This document shows positions 37,091 through 47,220 of a DNA stretch of 64,000 nt, in pieces (positions within the stretch are counted from its first letter, which is position 1; each line of letters begins with the position of its first letter). This DNA is from Alphaproteobacteria bacterium. GTDB lineage: Bacteria; Pseudomonadota; Alphaproteobacteria; Bin95. The translations under genes were made by a program, and so were the position numbers. Below the pieces are notes generated by a model that saw only the letters and a list, made by a program, of their open reading frames with translations, was not told the DNA's origin and did not search any database. The stretch is from the NCBI GenBank assembly GCA_040263875.1, contig JBDQJI010000003.1, positions 19,994 through 83,993 of the forward strand. The letters are read 5' to 3'.

Positions 37091-37555
37091 TCAGCCAACA
37101 GCTTGTTCCTGTTCTTGGGAAATGGATTGAATTGCGTCTTCAACGGCTTCGAAAGCCAGCAGCACAGACCCGTGCCGCGATTTGTATTCATGGGCCGGGG
37201 CGAGCATCTGCAACTCCGGCCATAGGTCGTCGTTGGGCGCTACGCCATCCTTCAGCATGTGCCGGACGGCTTCAGCAATGGCTAGCAGTACGCTCGTATC
37301 TTCGCCGATCACACGCCGCGCCATGATGGACGCCGCTGCCTGCCCCAAAGTGCAAGCGCGAACGACATGGCCATAGTCAGCAACTTTACCACCTTCGACT
37401 CTCAAATCGACGGTAATGCGGCTACCGCAAAGTGGGCTTCGACGCTGAACCGTCGCGTCTGGTTCTTCGAGGCGGTGTTGCAGCGGGATATCGTTGGCGA
37501 ACGCCATAAGCTTGTCATTATAAAGTGCACGCATAGCGCTATCGGTGCTGCTCAT
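37091..37555 (-). CDS. NifU/IscU-like Fe-S scaffold homolog lacking the third conserved Cys
   Basis: SPLCGSRITV (Cys 1) and RACTLGQAAAS (Cys 2) align to the IscU motifs. The third motif reads SRHGSVLLAFEAV, with Gly where IscU has the HC Cys. Translationally coupled to sufE upstream. Confidence 0.6.
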   Translation of the reverse strand: MSSTDSAMRALYNDKLMAFANDIPLQHRLEEPDATVQRRSPLCGSRITVDLRVEGGKVADYGHVVRACTLGQAAASIMARRVIGEDTSVLLAIAEAVRHMLKDGVAPNDDLWPELQMLAPAHEYKSRHGSVLLAFEAVEDAIQSISQEQEQAVG

Positions 37556-38013
37556 GCCGCCCTCCCCGCTATCTCCTGAATTCGGCCAAGCATAGCATGC
37601 AAGCCGTTGGAGCGTGTCGGGCTGAGATGCTCCGCCAAACCGATCTTCTCAATGAACCATGGGCTGGTTCCAAGAATTTCAGCGGGGGAGCGCGCGTTAT
37701 AAACCCGCAACACAAGCGCAATCAGGCCAGCGACAATGGCCGCGTCTGTCGCAGCCTTGAACGTCAGAGCACCGTCCTCTTCGCCGGACGTCAGCCAAAC
37801 CCGGGACTGGCAGCCGCGGATCAGCGCCCCGTCGGGCCGGGCGTCTTCCGGCAATTGCTCAAGTTCTCGGCCAAGGTCAATGATGTAGCGGTAACGATCT
37901 GTCCAATCGTCGAACAGATCGAATTCATCGACAATCTCTTGCTGCGCGCCATTTATCGCGCTCAGATCAACGTCTGAATTAGCAGCTTCCGGTATGGATA
38001 CAGGCGCAGTCAT
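37552..38013 (-). CDS. sufE: SufE-family sulfur-acceptor protein
   Basis: Carries the SufE active-site motif ALIRGCQSRVWL, at about 150 aa. Confidence 0.8.
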   Translation of the reverse strand: MTAPVSIPEAANSDVDLSAINGAQQEIVDEFDLFDDWTDRYRYIIDLGRELEQLPEDARPDGALIRGCQSRVWLTSGEEDGALTFKAATDAAIVAGLIALVLRVYNARSPAEILGTSPWFIEKIGLAEHLSPTRSNGLHAMLGRIQEIAGRAA

Positions 38014-38110
38014 TTATCAGCCTCAATATTCGGTGCGACATAGCTTGGAAATACGCCCTTCGGACAGTATGTATAGCCCCAACTGATCCGACAACATATC
38101 GCATAAGGTT

Positions 38111-38590
38111 TTGACGAGTATGTCAGATGAAATATTTGCACCTCGCCGCACCATCGAACAGGTGGAAGAAGGCAATGAGCTAGCGCCAAAATTTGATGAT
38201 AGCGGCCTGATACCAGTTGTCACGACGGATTTCACATCCGGCGAAGTTCTGATGCATGGCTATATGAATGCGGAAGCGTTCAAGCGCACATTGGAAATCG
38301 GCGAGGCGCATTATTATAGCCGCAGCCGCCAGCAGCTCTGGCACAAGGGTGCAACCAGCGGCTTGGTGCAAACTGTGCGGGAATTCCGGATCGACGATGA
38401 TCAGGACTGCGTTTGGCTGCGTGTGGACGTGAATGGCGGTGCGAGCTGCCATGTCGGGTATCGCTCATGCTTCTACCGTTCCGCGCCTGTCGGCGCAGCT
38501 GGCCCAGTGGCGCTCAAGTTTGAAGAAACTGAGAAAGTGTTTGATCCGGTTGAAGTTTACGGTGATGCGCCGAATCCAACTAAGCTCTAG
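38111..38590 (+). CDS. hisI: Phosphoribosyl-AMP cyclohydrolase
   Basis: [52 protein letters not shown]...DCD..LRV pattern of HisI. Confidence 0.85.
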   Translation: MTSMSDEIFAPRRTIEQVEEGNELAPKFDDSGLIPVVTTDFTSGEVLMHGYMNAEAFKRTLEIGEAHYYSRSRQQLWHKGATSGLVQTVREFRIDDDQDCVWLRVDVNGGASCHVGYRSCFYRSAPVGAAGPVALKFEETEKVFDPVEVYGDAPNPTKL

Positions 38591-39030
38591 TAACGCAGCG
38601 GGATATCGGCCTTAGATGAAAGTTCGAGGCGGGCAAGACAATTCATTGCCTGACCGTCAGCGCTGGAACACGACACAACGTCGTTCACCAGGATTGAGCC
38701 AATTACGGAGCAATCCGTCTCTGGCATATCAAACAGGCGGACGGCGGTTTTTCGGGGGATCAGCGGTCCGAGTTCGACATAAAGCCGATTGCGGATGATG
38801 TCGTTCTTATCAAAGAACACCAAATCCAGCTTGAAGGCCTTGATGGCCGATTCCGCGGGATTATTTGCCACCAGATAAACCCGGCAGATTGGGCCATCTT
38901 GTTCTAACCGATTGAGCTCAACCGGGAACTTTGCTGCGTCCTGCGCTACAGCAGGAATGGGTGACAGGCCGCCTAGGATCAGCGCGCCAACTAGCGCCAT
39001 CAAGCGGGGCATCCAAGGACGATATGTCAT
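38587..39030 (-). CDS. Hypothetical secreted protein (signal peptide, 4 Cys)
   Basis: N-terminal [24 protein letters not shown] signal peptide. No recognisable family. Confidence 0.5.
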   Translation of the reverse strand: MTYRPWMPRLMALVGALILGGLSPIPAVAQDAAKFPVELNRLEQDGPICRVYLVANNPAESAIKAFKLDLVFFDKNDIIRNRLYVELGPLIPRKTAVRLFDMPETDCSVIGSILVNDVVSCSSADGQAMNCLARLELSSKADIPLRY

Positions 39031-39261
39031 GCATGTTTCTCCTGTTAACCATATTTGCGTGGAAGATACGCCAGCCCAGGCCTGTCGCCAACCAATCTCT
39101 AAGTCAGCTAGGTATTAATACCAAACTCCGTCCCGCAGTTCCCTGCCCAAGAGGATCAGCTTACCGAGGATGCGGCAGTAATTTGGCAGAATGAAGGCGT
39201 GATCCTGACAAAGCACCGGTCTAGGCTGCGATATCGAATCATCGCCTAAGGCCAGAGCCCA

Positions 39262-40092
39262 ATGTCAGACGCGCCATCCCAACCCAATGCGCCAGAAGCC
39301 GCTGCAGCGCTTGGCCGCTTGATGGAAGTCATGCGCCGCCTCCGTGACCCAGTTGACGGTTGCCCTTGGGACTTAGTCCAGAACCACGGAACCATCGCAC
39401 CCTACACAATTGAGGAAGCCTACGAGGTGGCTGACGCAATTGATCGGGAAGATGACGCTGAGCTTTGTGACGAGCTGGGCGACTTACTTCTTCAGGTTAT
39501 CTTTCAGGCGCAAATCGCTGATGAAGCCGGAACTTTTAAATTTTCTGATATCGCCAATACGATCACTGAGAAGATGCTGCGCCGACATCCACACATTTTC
39601 GGAGACCCATCATCGGATGCCGCAAAGGCCGGCCCAGCAGGATGGGAAGCTATCAAAGCGGCGGAACGCGCGGCTAAGACAGATCCGGATGATGCACCCT
39701 CTAGCGCCCTTGATGGCGTCGCGGCCACCCTCCCCGCGATTGCTAGAGCATTCAAACTACAGCGCCGCGCAGGGCGGATCGGCTTCGACTTTCCGGACTG
39801 GCGAGATGCCCTTGCCAAAACCCATGAAGAACTCGTCGAGGTCGTCAAAGCACAAGATGATCAGGCTGCGATGGAAGAAGAGATTGGCGACCTGCTATTC
39901 GCTACCGTGAACCTTGCCAGGAAGCTCGATATTGATCCGGATCAGGCGCTCAAGTCTGCCAACGCCAAATTTGAGACCCGCTTTCGAACTATGGAAACGG
40001 CCATCCGCAGTGCCGGCGATGACCCTGCGGCCCTCTCGCTTGAAGCGCAAGAAGCCGAATGGATCAAAGCCAAATTGGCACTGAAGCGCTGA
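39262..40092 (+). CDS. mazG: Nucleoside triphosphate pyrophosphohydrolase MazG
   Basis: Tandem MazG EEAYE/EExGD motifs (EEAYEVADAI...ELGDLLLQV; and the second repeat EELVEV...EEIGDLLFA). Confidence 0.85.
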   Translation: MSDAPSQPNAPEAAAALGRLMEVMRRLRDPVDGCPWDLVQNHGTIAPYTIEEAYEVADAIDREDDAELCDELGDLLLQVIFQAQIADEAGTFKFSDIANTITEKMLRRHPHIFGDPSSDAAKAGPAGWEAIKAAERAAKTDPDDAPSSALDGVAATLPAIARAFKLQRRAGRIGFDFPDWRDALAKTHEELVEVVKAQDDQAAMEEEIGDLLFATVNLARKLDIDPDQALKSANAKFETRFRTMETAIRSAGDDPAALSLEAQEAEWIKAKLALKR

Positions 40093-40094
40093 TT

Positions 40095-40961
40095 TTACTT
40101 CTGCAGCAGATGGATGAGCGCAGATGTATCCCAGCGCCCGCCGCCCTCTTGCTGCACGTTCTTATAAAGCTGGTCAACCATCACCGTCGCAGGCAAGCGC
40201 GCGCCGTTCCGTTCAGCTTCAGCGATACAAATGCGCAGGTCTTTCCGCATCCAATCAACAGCAAAACCGAAATCGAACTTGCCATCGACCATAGTCGAGC
40301 CACGATTTTCCATTTGCCAAGATTGCGCCGCACCCTTTGAAATCACTTCCAGCACAGTCTCCATATCGAGTCCGGCTTTGGAGCCAAAGTTAAGCGCCTC
40401 AGACAGCGCCTGTAGCAGACCAGCGATGCATATCTGGTTGACCATCTTGCAGAGCTGACCACTGCCCGCTTCGCCAATCAGTGTGACGGCACGGCCATAG
40501 CTATCCATCAGCGGCCTTGCTTTCTCGAATGGCTCAGCATCGCCGCCGCACATCACCGTCAGCGCACCATTTTCAGCACCCGCTTGACCGCCAGAAACCG
40601 GGCCATCAAGGAAGGCAATGCCAGCTTTCTCAGCCGTTTCATATAGCTCACGGGCCAATTCGGCTGAGGCCGTCGTGTGATCGACATAGATAGCGCCGAC
40701 CTTCATTGCGCCAAATGCGCCATGATCACCGGTTGCGACGGCCCGAACATCGGGATCATCGCCGACACATACGAATACGAAGTCCGCACCTTTTACAGCG
40801 TCCGCCGGTGTCCGTGCGCTCTTGCCTTTATGCTCCTGCGTCCAGGCTTCTGCCTTTTCATAGGTCCGGTTGTAGACCGTCACTTCATGTCCAGCGGCAG
40901 CTAGGTGGCCCGCCATTGGATAGCCCATTACGCCAAGGCCCAAAAATGCAGCTTTCGCCAT
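40095..40961 (-). CDS. NAD(P)-dependent 3-hydroxyisobutyrate dehydrogenase family oxidoreductase (MmsB / 2-hydroxy-3-oxopropionate reductase-like)
   Basis: N-terminal AFLGLGVMGYPMAGHL Rossmann fold and the catalytic Lys region of the HIBADH family. It is 288 aa. Confidence 0.8.
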   Translation of the reverse strand: MAKAAFLGLGVMGYPMAGHLAAAGHEVTVYNRTYEKAEAWTQEHKGKSARTPADAVKGADFVFVCVGDDPDVRAVATGDHGAFGAMKVGAIYVDHTTASAELARELYETAEKAGIAFLDGPVSGGQAGAENGALTVMCGGDAEPFEKARPLMDSYGRAVTLIGEAGSGQLCKMVNQICIAGLLQALSEALNFGSKAGLDMETVLEVISKGAAQSWQMENRGSTMVDGKFDFGFAVDWMRKDLRICIAEAERNGARLPATVMVDQLYKNVQQEGGGRWDTSALIHLLQK

Positions 40962-40994
40962 GTTTTCTTCTCCTGTGAGACCGTGCTTTGGAGC

Positions 40995-41816
40995 CTATAC
41001 GGCTTCCGGCGTTGTGATTATGTCGTGAATCTTGTTCCAAATATCTTCGTCCGGCGCAAGCAAGCCAGGAACATCTGCGTTTGACGGCTTATAGGGCTCA
41101 CCCGTAATCAGCTTGCCCACGCCGCCCGCTTCACTGTGCATCAGAAATCCTGCCGCATGATCCCAAGGGAAGAGCTTGGAATAGCCGCCAAAGTGCGAAA
41201 GCCCCGCCAGGCGCGACATGTGCTCATGGCCGACGCAGCGGGCATTAAATACGCCGCCCATCTTGCCGCGGCCCCTAGCCCATGTGGCTTGAAAGCCTGT
41301 GGATCGGCGGAACATACGCCCGTAGATTGATCCGTTCATCAAACGGCTTTCGGACGGTGTGTGGACGCTAAGCCGTCGGCCCCCGAACCATGCCCCCCCG
41401 CCAAGCGAGCCAACAAAGGTGCGATCGCTATACGGATCATGAATCCAGCCCGCTAGCACTTCGTCCTTACGCACCAGCGCCAAGATGACAGCAGAAAGCG
41501 GATATCCAGCGGCAAAATTCCCTGTGCCGTCAATCGGATCAATCACCCAGGACAGATGACCATCTGCCAATCCAGCGATGGACACCCTGCCCTCGCTGAC
41601 CGCTTCCTCACCCACAATCTGTGCATCAGGCGTCAAGTCCTGCAAAGCCGCGCCTAACCTGCGTTCAACTGCCAGGTCGGCAGAGGTCACGAAATCCCCC
41701 GCAGACTTTTCAGTCACTTCAGCCCGTGAAAGTACGCCGAGTTTTGCCTTCACTTCCTCAGCGGCGATTTCAACAATGATCGCCGTAATCGCGTCAAAAT
41801 CGATATCAGGCGTCAT
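40995..41816 (-). CDS. Inositol monophosphatase family protein
   Basis: VGEEA...WVIDPIDGTGNF metal-binding motifs of the IMPase/FBPase fold. Confidence 0.8.
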   Translation of the reverse strand: MTPDIDFDAITAIIVEIAAEEVKAKLGVLSRAEVTEKSAGDFVTSADLAVERRLGAALQDLTPDAQIVGEEAVSEGRVSIAGLADGHLSWVIDPIDGTGNFAAGYPLSAVILALVRKDEVLAGWIHDPYSDRTFVGSLGGGAWFGGRRLSVHTPSESRLMNGSIYGRMFRRSTGFQATWARGRGKMGGVFNARCVGHEHMSRLAGLSHFGGYSKLFPWDHAAGFLMHSEAGGVGKLITGEPYKPSNADVPGLLAPDEDIWNKIHDIITTPEAV

Positions 41817-43123
41817 GATGCAGCGCTCGCTTCTTGCACGATGGCGACGCCAGACCAGCGCTTCATAAATCGGTCAATCTCACTTTGCGGCAACGAAGCT
41901 TCCACGATCATATTTTCGTCCCGAACTTCGGTGTCGATCTGAAAGCTGACGCGATGTAGCCATGCAAGCGCTTCGCCTTCAGCACAGGGCAAGCGCAGGA
42001 CGATCCGAACGGATCCAGCAGAAAGCGCTTCATCGACTGCGATCAAAAGCGTCGGCAGACCTTCGCCAGTTTCTGCTGAGACCATCAGCGCACCTGGCTG
42101 CTGCATTAAGCGTGTGCGTTCATCAGCAGTCGCAGCATCAGCCTTATTGTACACATCCAGAATAACGCGGCTTTCGGCGTCGACCCCTAAGTCCGCCAGC
42201 ACAGTTCTGACATCACTGGCTTGCTCAAATCGTTCCTCATTTGCCAGATCATGCACATGCAGAATGACATCTGCGGCGGACACTTCTTCCAATGTCGCCC
42301 GGAAAGCTTCGACGAGCTCTGTTGGGAGTTCAGCGATAAAACCAACGGTATCGGAGAAAATGGAGGTTCTGCCAGACGGCATTTCAACGCCGCGCATAGT
42401 TGGATCCAACGTAGCAAAAAGCTGATCGGCGGAGAGTACGCCCGCGCCCGTCAACTTATTGAACAGCGTTGACTTGCCGACGTTCGTATAGCCAACCAAC
42501 GCCACAGTTGGCGTGTCATTGCGCTTCCGGCCGCTACGATGCTGCGCGCGCGTTCGGCGAACATCATCCAATTGCCGCTTGATCCGGCCGATCTGGTCGT
42601 CGATTGAACGACGATCAAGCTCAAGCTGACGTTCGCCAGGACCGCCCATAAATCCAGCACCACCGCGCTGCCGCTCCAAATGCGTCCATGATCGAACAAG
42701 TCGTGTGCGTTGATAGCTGAGTGCAGCAAGGCTGACCTGGAGCACGCCTTCCCGCGTTCGCGCACGCGCTCCAAACACTTCAAGAATCAAACCGGTCCTG
42801 TCGAGGATCTTGACGCCAACATCGCGTTCCAGATTACGCTGCTGAACCGGTGAAAGCTGGCCATCAATGATAAGCAGACTTGCGTGGAGGTTCTTAGCCT
42901 CCTCCGTCGCTTCCTCGATGACGCCAGCGCCAAACAGCGTCGCCGCCTTCGGCTTCGTTACCCGCACTTCGCGGGAATAAACTACTTCCAGGCCAATACC
43001 GCTCGCGAGACTAATAGCTTCTTCCAGAGAGGCGGCAGTTTCCGGCCTTGGCCCCAATCGAGGCAGTTCCGGTCTTAGAATGATGGCGCGTGTTGGGCCA
43101 TCATCATGTTCACCATCGCCCAA
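41813..43123 (-). CDS. hflX: GTPase HflX
   Basis: HflX N-terminal domain followed by the G-domain (GYTNVGKSTLFN, DTVGF, NKAD). Directly downstream of hfq. Confidence 0.85.
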   Translation of the reverse strand: MGDGEHDDGPTRAIILRPELPRLGPRPETAASLEEAISLASGIGLEVVYSREVRVTKPKAATLFGAGVIEEATEEAKNLHASLLIIDGQLSPVQQRNLERDVGVKILDRTGLILEVFGARARTREGVLQVSLAALSYQRTRLVRSWTHLERQRGGAGFMGGPGERQLELDRRSIDDQIGRIKRQLDDVRRTRAQHRSGRKRNDTPTVALVGYTNVGKSTLFNKLTGAGVLSADQLFATLDPTMRGVEMPSGRTSIFSDTVGFIAELPTELVEAFRATLEEVSAADVILHVHDLANEERFEQASDVRTVLADLGVDAESRVILDVYNKADAATADERTRLMQQPGALMVSAETGEGLPTLLIAVDEALSAGSVRIVLRLPCAEGEALAWLHRVSFQIDTEVRDENMIVEASLPQSEIDRFMKRWSGVAIVQEASAAS

Positions 43124-43125
43124 CG

Positions 43126-43383
43126 CTATTCGGCCTCATCTTCTGGTTCGCCGGTCGCGTCCTGCAGATTAACTGGGCTCGAGGGCATAACCGTCGAAAT
43201 CGCATGTTTATAAACCAGCTGCGAATGTCCATCACGGCGAAGTAGCATGCAGAAGTTATCAAAGGACGTAATAACCCCCTGAAGCTTCACGCCATTGATC
43301 AAAAACACCGTCACAGGAAGCTTCTGCTTCCGGACGTAGTTCAGAAAAACATCTTGGAGGATTTGAGACTTTGCGCCGCTCAT
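43126..43383 (-). CDS. hfq: RNA chaperone Hfq
   Basis: [58 protein letters not shown] is the Sm1/Sm2 motif pair. The start is taken at MSGAKSQ. Confidence 0.9.
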   Translation of the reverse strand: MSGAKSQILQDVFLNYVRKQKLPVTVFLINGVKLQGVITSFDNFCMLLRRDGHSQLVYKHAISTVMPSSPVNLQDATGEPEDEAE

Positions 43384-43511
43384 GCTGGCAATCCACATGC
43401 AATGGGTTTTTTGACGAAGCTAACCACATGTCGCTCGCCGCAACCGCTTATTGTTGAAGCTCTAATGTGCACCCGGCACCTGCATTCTACAAGTACCTCT
43501 GCGATGTGCGC

Positions 43512-44369
43512 TTAATCTGCAGCGCTCAAAGTGTGGTCATTATAAAGGTCAAACATGCGTTGGGTTATGGGTCCAACAGCACCATTTCCAATCGTTGTGC
43601 CATCAACTGAGGTAATTGGTTTCACGAACGAAGTCGCACTGGTGACGAACATCTCCTTGGCACGCAGCATGAATTCACGATCGAACCGTTCCTCTTTAAC
43701 CTGAATTTGCGCGCCTGCCGCCAAGCTCTTAACCGCCGCCCGCGTGACGCCCCCCAGAATTTCTGGCCCGAGCGGATGCGTATGCAGCGCGCCAGCCTCA
43801 TCGACAATCCATACGTTCGATGAGCCGCCCTCCCGCACTATTCCATCGTCAGCAATGAAAATGGCCTCAGCCGCCCCCGCTTCTTTGGCCTTTTGTTTAG
43901 CAAGAATATTGGCGAGGAGTCCGACGGACTTAATATCGCAACGCGCCCAGCGCTCATCCCGCAAAGTAATCGCGCTTTGGCCTGCCGGCTTGTGACCTGC
44001 TGCAGGCCAGCTACGTGCCCGTGCTGAGCAAACCAGCGCCGCTTTCACTGGACCGGGGAAAAAGTGATCCCGTGGCGCAACGCCCCTGGTCGCCTGCGCA
44101 TAGACAAAACCTTCGCGAATGCGGTTTCGCCGGATAAGCTCATTCAACACGATACGAAGCGATGCTTCAGCCATTGGCGGCTGGATATCCAACTCACCAA
44201 GTGAGCGTCCTAGCCTAGCCAAATGCGGATCTGCATCGACCATTTTGCCACTGCGCACCAGCACCACTTCATAGACACCATCAGAAAACTGATAGCCCCT
44301 ATCCTCAAAATGGACCAAAGCTTCTGCGTGGGGCCTATAAGCCCCGTTTACATATACGACACGGCCCAT
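43512..44369 (-). CDS. Class IV aminotransferase (D-amino-acid / branched-chain amino acid aminotransferase-like)
   Basis: YVNGAYRPHAEALVHFEDRGYQFSDGVYEV is the fold-type IV PLP enzyme N-terminus, with a catalytic Lys downstream. Confidence 0.8.
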   Translation of the reverse strand: MGRVVYVNGAYRPHAEALVHFEDRGYQFSDGVYEVVLVRSGKMVDADPHLARLGRSLGELDIQPPMAEASLRIVLNELIRRNRIREGFVYAQATRGVAPRDHFFPGPVKAALVCSARARSWPAAGHKPAGQSAITLRDERWARCDIKSVGLLANILAKQKAKEAGAAEAIFIADDGIVREGGSSNVWIVDEAGALHTHPLGPEILGGVTRAAVKSLAAGAQIQVKEERFDREFMLRAKEMFVTSATSFVKPITSVDGTTIGNGAVGPITQRMFDLYNDHTLSAAD

Positions 44370-44388
44370 TATGGCCCCCTATTTGCGC

Positions 44389-45759
44389 CTAGAAGAACTC
44401 AAAGCGGACTTCAAACAATCGCTCAACCCGCCGCACGACCGATTCCTCGGTGAAGATAACAACCCGGTCGCCCTCGTGGATACGAGTATCCGGCTTCGGC
44501 ATAACGACTTCATCGTTGTGCATAATGGCACCGACAATCGCGCCTTCTGGCAATGGCAGCTCGCCGACTTTTTTGTTCACGATGGCACTTGTGGCCAAGG
44601 CATCGACCTCAAGAACTTCGCCAAACCCGTCACCGATAGAATGTACTTCACGCACACGCCCCCGCCTGACGTGGCGAAGGATCGTGCTGACCGTGATTTC
44701 GCGCGGGTTCACAACGACGTCGATGTCTAACGGATTGACCAGTGCTGAGAATGACGCCCGGTTAATCAATGAAATCGTGCGCCCAGCGCCGGCACGCTTA
44801 GCCATAAGGGAGGCAAGAATATTGGTCTGGTCATTGTTGGTAACGGCAATGACCGCATCCGCATCATGAACGCCCGCTTCTTGAAGGATTTCCGGCTCCA
44901 AGGCATCGCCATTTATGACGATGGAGCCCTGCATATACTGCGCAGCAGACTCGGCCTGGACTTTGTCCATTTCGATAATACGAACGCTGACATTGCCGCT
45001 ATCCAGCGCATCCGCCATCATCATGCCGATATTACCGCCGCCGATCACCACGACCCTCCGCGCCTGCTGTTCTTGATGGCCGAACGCGGCCATAGCGCGA
45101 TCCGTATGTTCTGCAGCAACGATGAAATACACCCGGTCCATCGGAAAAATCTGATCGTCCGGGTCTGGGATGAAGTGCCGATCTTCGCGGTGCACGCCAA
45201 TAACTGTTATCTGCAAATCAGGGAACAGCGCCGTCAGTTGCCGCAATGGTGTGTTGATTACCGGGCAGTTGTCCGTAATGCGAACACCGATTAGGCGGGC
45301 TTTAGAATCCATCAACGGAATAAGTTCAAACGCACCCGGTGCCGTCACCCGACGAACAACAGCACGCGCAACTTCGGCTTCAGGTGAAATAATCACATCG
45401 ATCGGCATGTGATCACGCGAGAACATGGCGCGCCAATTCTCGGACATGTAGCCCTTTGTCCGGATGCGCGCGATCTTCTTTGGTACGTTAAAAAGCGAAT
45501 GCGCCACCTGACAGGCGACCATATTCACTTCATCGGACGCCGTAGCGGCGATCAGCATATCCGCTTCATCTGCGCCTGCTTGCTCTAGGATGTCCGGGTC
45601 AGACGCGTGGCCGGTAATAGCCTGCACGTCCAGAGAATCTCCGAGTTGTTGAGCCAGCGTTGCTGATTGATCGACGACCACAACGTCGATGTTTTCAAGC
45701 GCTAACTGCCTGGCGATACTGACGCCCACCTGACCTGCGCCACAAACGACTACTCTCAT
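44389..45759 (-). CDS. trkA: Trk potassium uptake system NAD-binding component TrkA
   Basis: Two RCK/KTN Rossmann domains (MRVVVCGAGQVGVSIARQL; and a second VVVIGGGNIGMMMADAL). 456 aa, downstream of ntrX. Confidence 0.85.
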   Translation of the reverse strand: MRVVVCGAGQVGVSIARQLALENIDVVVVDQSATLAQQLGDSLDVQAITGHASDPDILEQAGADEADMLIAATASDEVNMVACQVAHSLFNVPKKIARIRTKGYMSENWRAMFSRDHMPIDVIISPEAEVARAVVRRVTAPGAFELIPLMDSKARLIGVRITDNCPVINTPLRQLTALFPDLQITVIGVHREDRHFIPDPDDQIFPMDRVYFIVAAEHTDRAMAAFGHQEQQARRVVVIGGGNIGMMMADALDSGNVSVRIIEMDKVQAESAAQYMQGSIVINGDALEPEILQEAGVHDADAVIAVTNNDQTNILASLMAKRAGAGRTISLINRASFSALVNPLDIDVVVNPREITVSTILRHVRRGRVREVHSIGDGFGEVLEVDALATSAIVNKKVGELPLPEGAIVGAIMHNDEVVMPKPDTRIHEGDRVVIFTEESVVRRVERLFEVRFEFF

Positions 45760-47162
45760 GCGTCGTCCTCATCGGAGTCCGCCGCAACATTTTCGCCACC
45801 GGGCCCGATATTGAGAGCACGCATTTTACGATGCAGTGCTGACCGCTCCATCCCAACGCTTTTCGCGGTTTTGGAAACATTGCCACCAAACCGGGCAACT
45901 TGGGCGGATAAGTAATTCCGCTCAAACACTTCCCGCGCTTCTTTCAACGGCAATTCCATGACCTCGGTCCGGCGTTCGGACAGGAGAGAGGCCGGATCTT
46001 CTTTTAGGATATCTGGCGGCAAGGCTTGCATCCCGATCTCCTCATCAACGGCACCTGGGGCCATAATAAGCAACCATTCCACAACATTCCGTAATTGCCG
46101 AACATTGCCAGGCCAAGCATGAGCCTGTAGCGCCGCCATTGCGTTACTTGAAAGAATACGGCGTGGCTGGCCAGAAGCTGCAGCGCGCTCGATAAAGTAA
46201 TCAATAAGGATTGGGATATCATCGACCCGGTCTGCTAGCGCTGGCGCCTCGACAGGCACAACGTTCAGCCGGAAGTACAGGTCTTCCCGGAAACTCCCCT
46301 CCCGCACGGCTGCCTGCAGATCGCGGGATGTAGACACAAGCACTCTAACATCGACGGATATCTGATTGGCAGAACTGACAGGCGTGAACGTCTGCTCCTG
46401 GATTACCCGAAGCATTTTCGCTTGGGTTTCCAACGGCATATCTGCAACTTCATCCAACAGCACCGAACCGCCATCTGCATTCTGCAGCAAGCCGGGGGTT
46501 ATGACTCCACCGATCGTTTCTTCGCCAAAGAGCGCTGCTTCCATCGTCTCCGGCCGGATGCTGGCGCAATTCACTGCGATAAACGGCGCATCAGCCCTAT
46601 CAGATTGTGAATGGATGTTACGCGCAATGACCTCTTTGCCAGCACCACTGGGCCCCGTGATCAAAACCCGACTGTTGACCTTAGCAAGCCGCGCAATCTG
46701 CCCACGCAGCGCCGCCACTTGTTGGGATTGCCCGATCAGCGACCAGTCGCGATGCGTTTGTGCCTTCAACGCCGCGTTTTCCTGACGAAGGCGGCCAGCT
46801 TCGATTGCACGACTGACAGAAATGATCATCCGGTCCGCGTTGAATGGCTTCTCGATAAAATCATAGGCGCCGTCTTGGATGGCATTTACGGCGGTTTCAA
46901 TGTCTGAATGTCCGCTCATCATTAGCACGACTGTATCCGGGCGCTCCTTCTGGATCGCCGTCAGAACTTCAAGGCCGTCCAGAAGGCTGCCCTCAAGCCA
47001 AACATCCAGCACAACGACGGGTGGGCTTTGGTCAATAACCTGCTTCAGCGCTTCATTAGAGCCACCGGCGGTTGCAATTACCCAGCCTTCATCTTCCAGC
47101 AGACCAGACAAAGTCAGCCGAATATCTGCCTCATCATCGACGACCAGTACATCGACCGCCAT
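45756..47162 (-). CDS. ntrX: Sigma-54-interacting response regulator NtrX
   Basis: REC domain (DVLVVDDEADIR...D), AAA+ sigma-54 interaction domain (GPSGAGKE, GAFTGA-like), and a C-terminal HTH. The position after ntrY matches the ntrBCYX order. Confidence 0.8.
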   Translation of the reverse strand: MAVDVLVVDDEADIRLTLSGLLEDEGWVIATAGGSNEALKQVIDQSPPVVVLDVWLEGSLLDGLEVLTAIQKERPDTVVLMMSGHSDIETAVNAIQDGAYDFIEKPFNADRMIISVSRAIEAGRLRQENAALKAQTHRDWSLIGQSQQVAALRGQIARLAKVNSRVLITGPSGAGKEVIARNIHSQSDRADAPFIAVNCASIRPETMEAALFGEETIGGVITPGLLQNADGGSVLLDEVADMPLETQAKMLRVIQEQTFTPVSSANQISVDVRVLVSTSRDLQAAVREGSFREDLYFRLNVVPVEAPALADRVDDIPILIDYFIERAAASGQPRRILSSNAMAALQAHAWPGNVRQLRNVVEWLLIMAPGAVDEEIGMQALPPDILKEDPASLLSERRTEVMELPLKEAREVFERNYLSAQVARFGGNVSKTAKSVGMERSALHRKMRALNIGPGGENVAADSDEDDA

Positions 47163-47220
47163 GGGTTTACTCTCCTAAGGCGCGCAGCACGCCGCACCAG
47201 CGTTCGTTTAGCAGAAATGA

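Noticed and set aside
36943-37191. 82-aa reverse ORF between the amidohydrolase-2 gene and the NifU-like gene
   Set aside because: It overlaps the 3' end of the NifU-like CDS, has no recognisable motif or ribosome-binding site, and the interval is more plausibly the promoter of the amidohydrolase/M20/pcaHG operon.
43399-44369. A class IV aminotransferase gene between trkA and hfq, considered as a possible insertion
   Set aside because: A D-amino-acid aminotransferase-like gene immediately upstream of hfq is, to my recollection, the conserved arrangement in several alphaproteobacteria (ntrX-trkA-dat-hfq-hflX). It is not anomalous.
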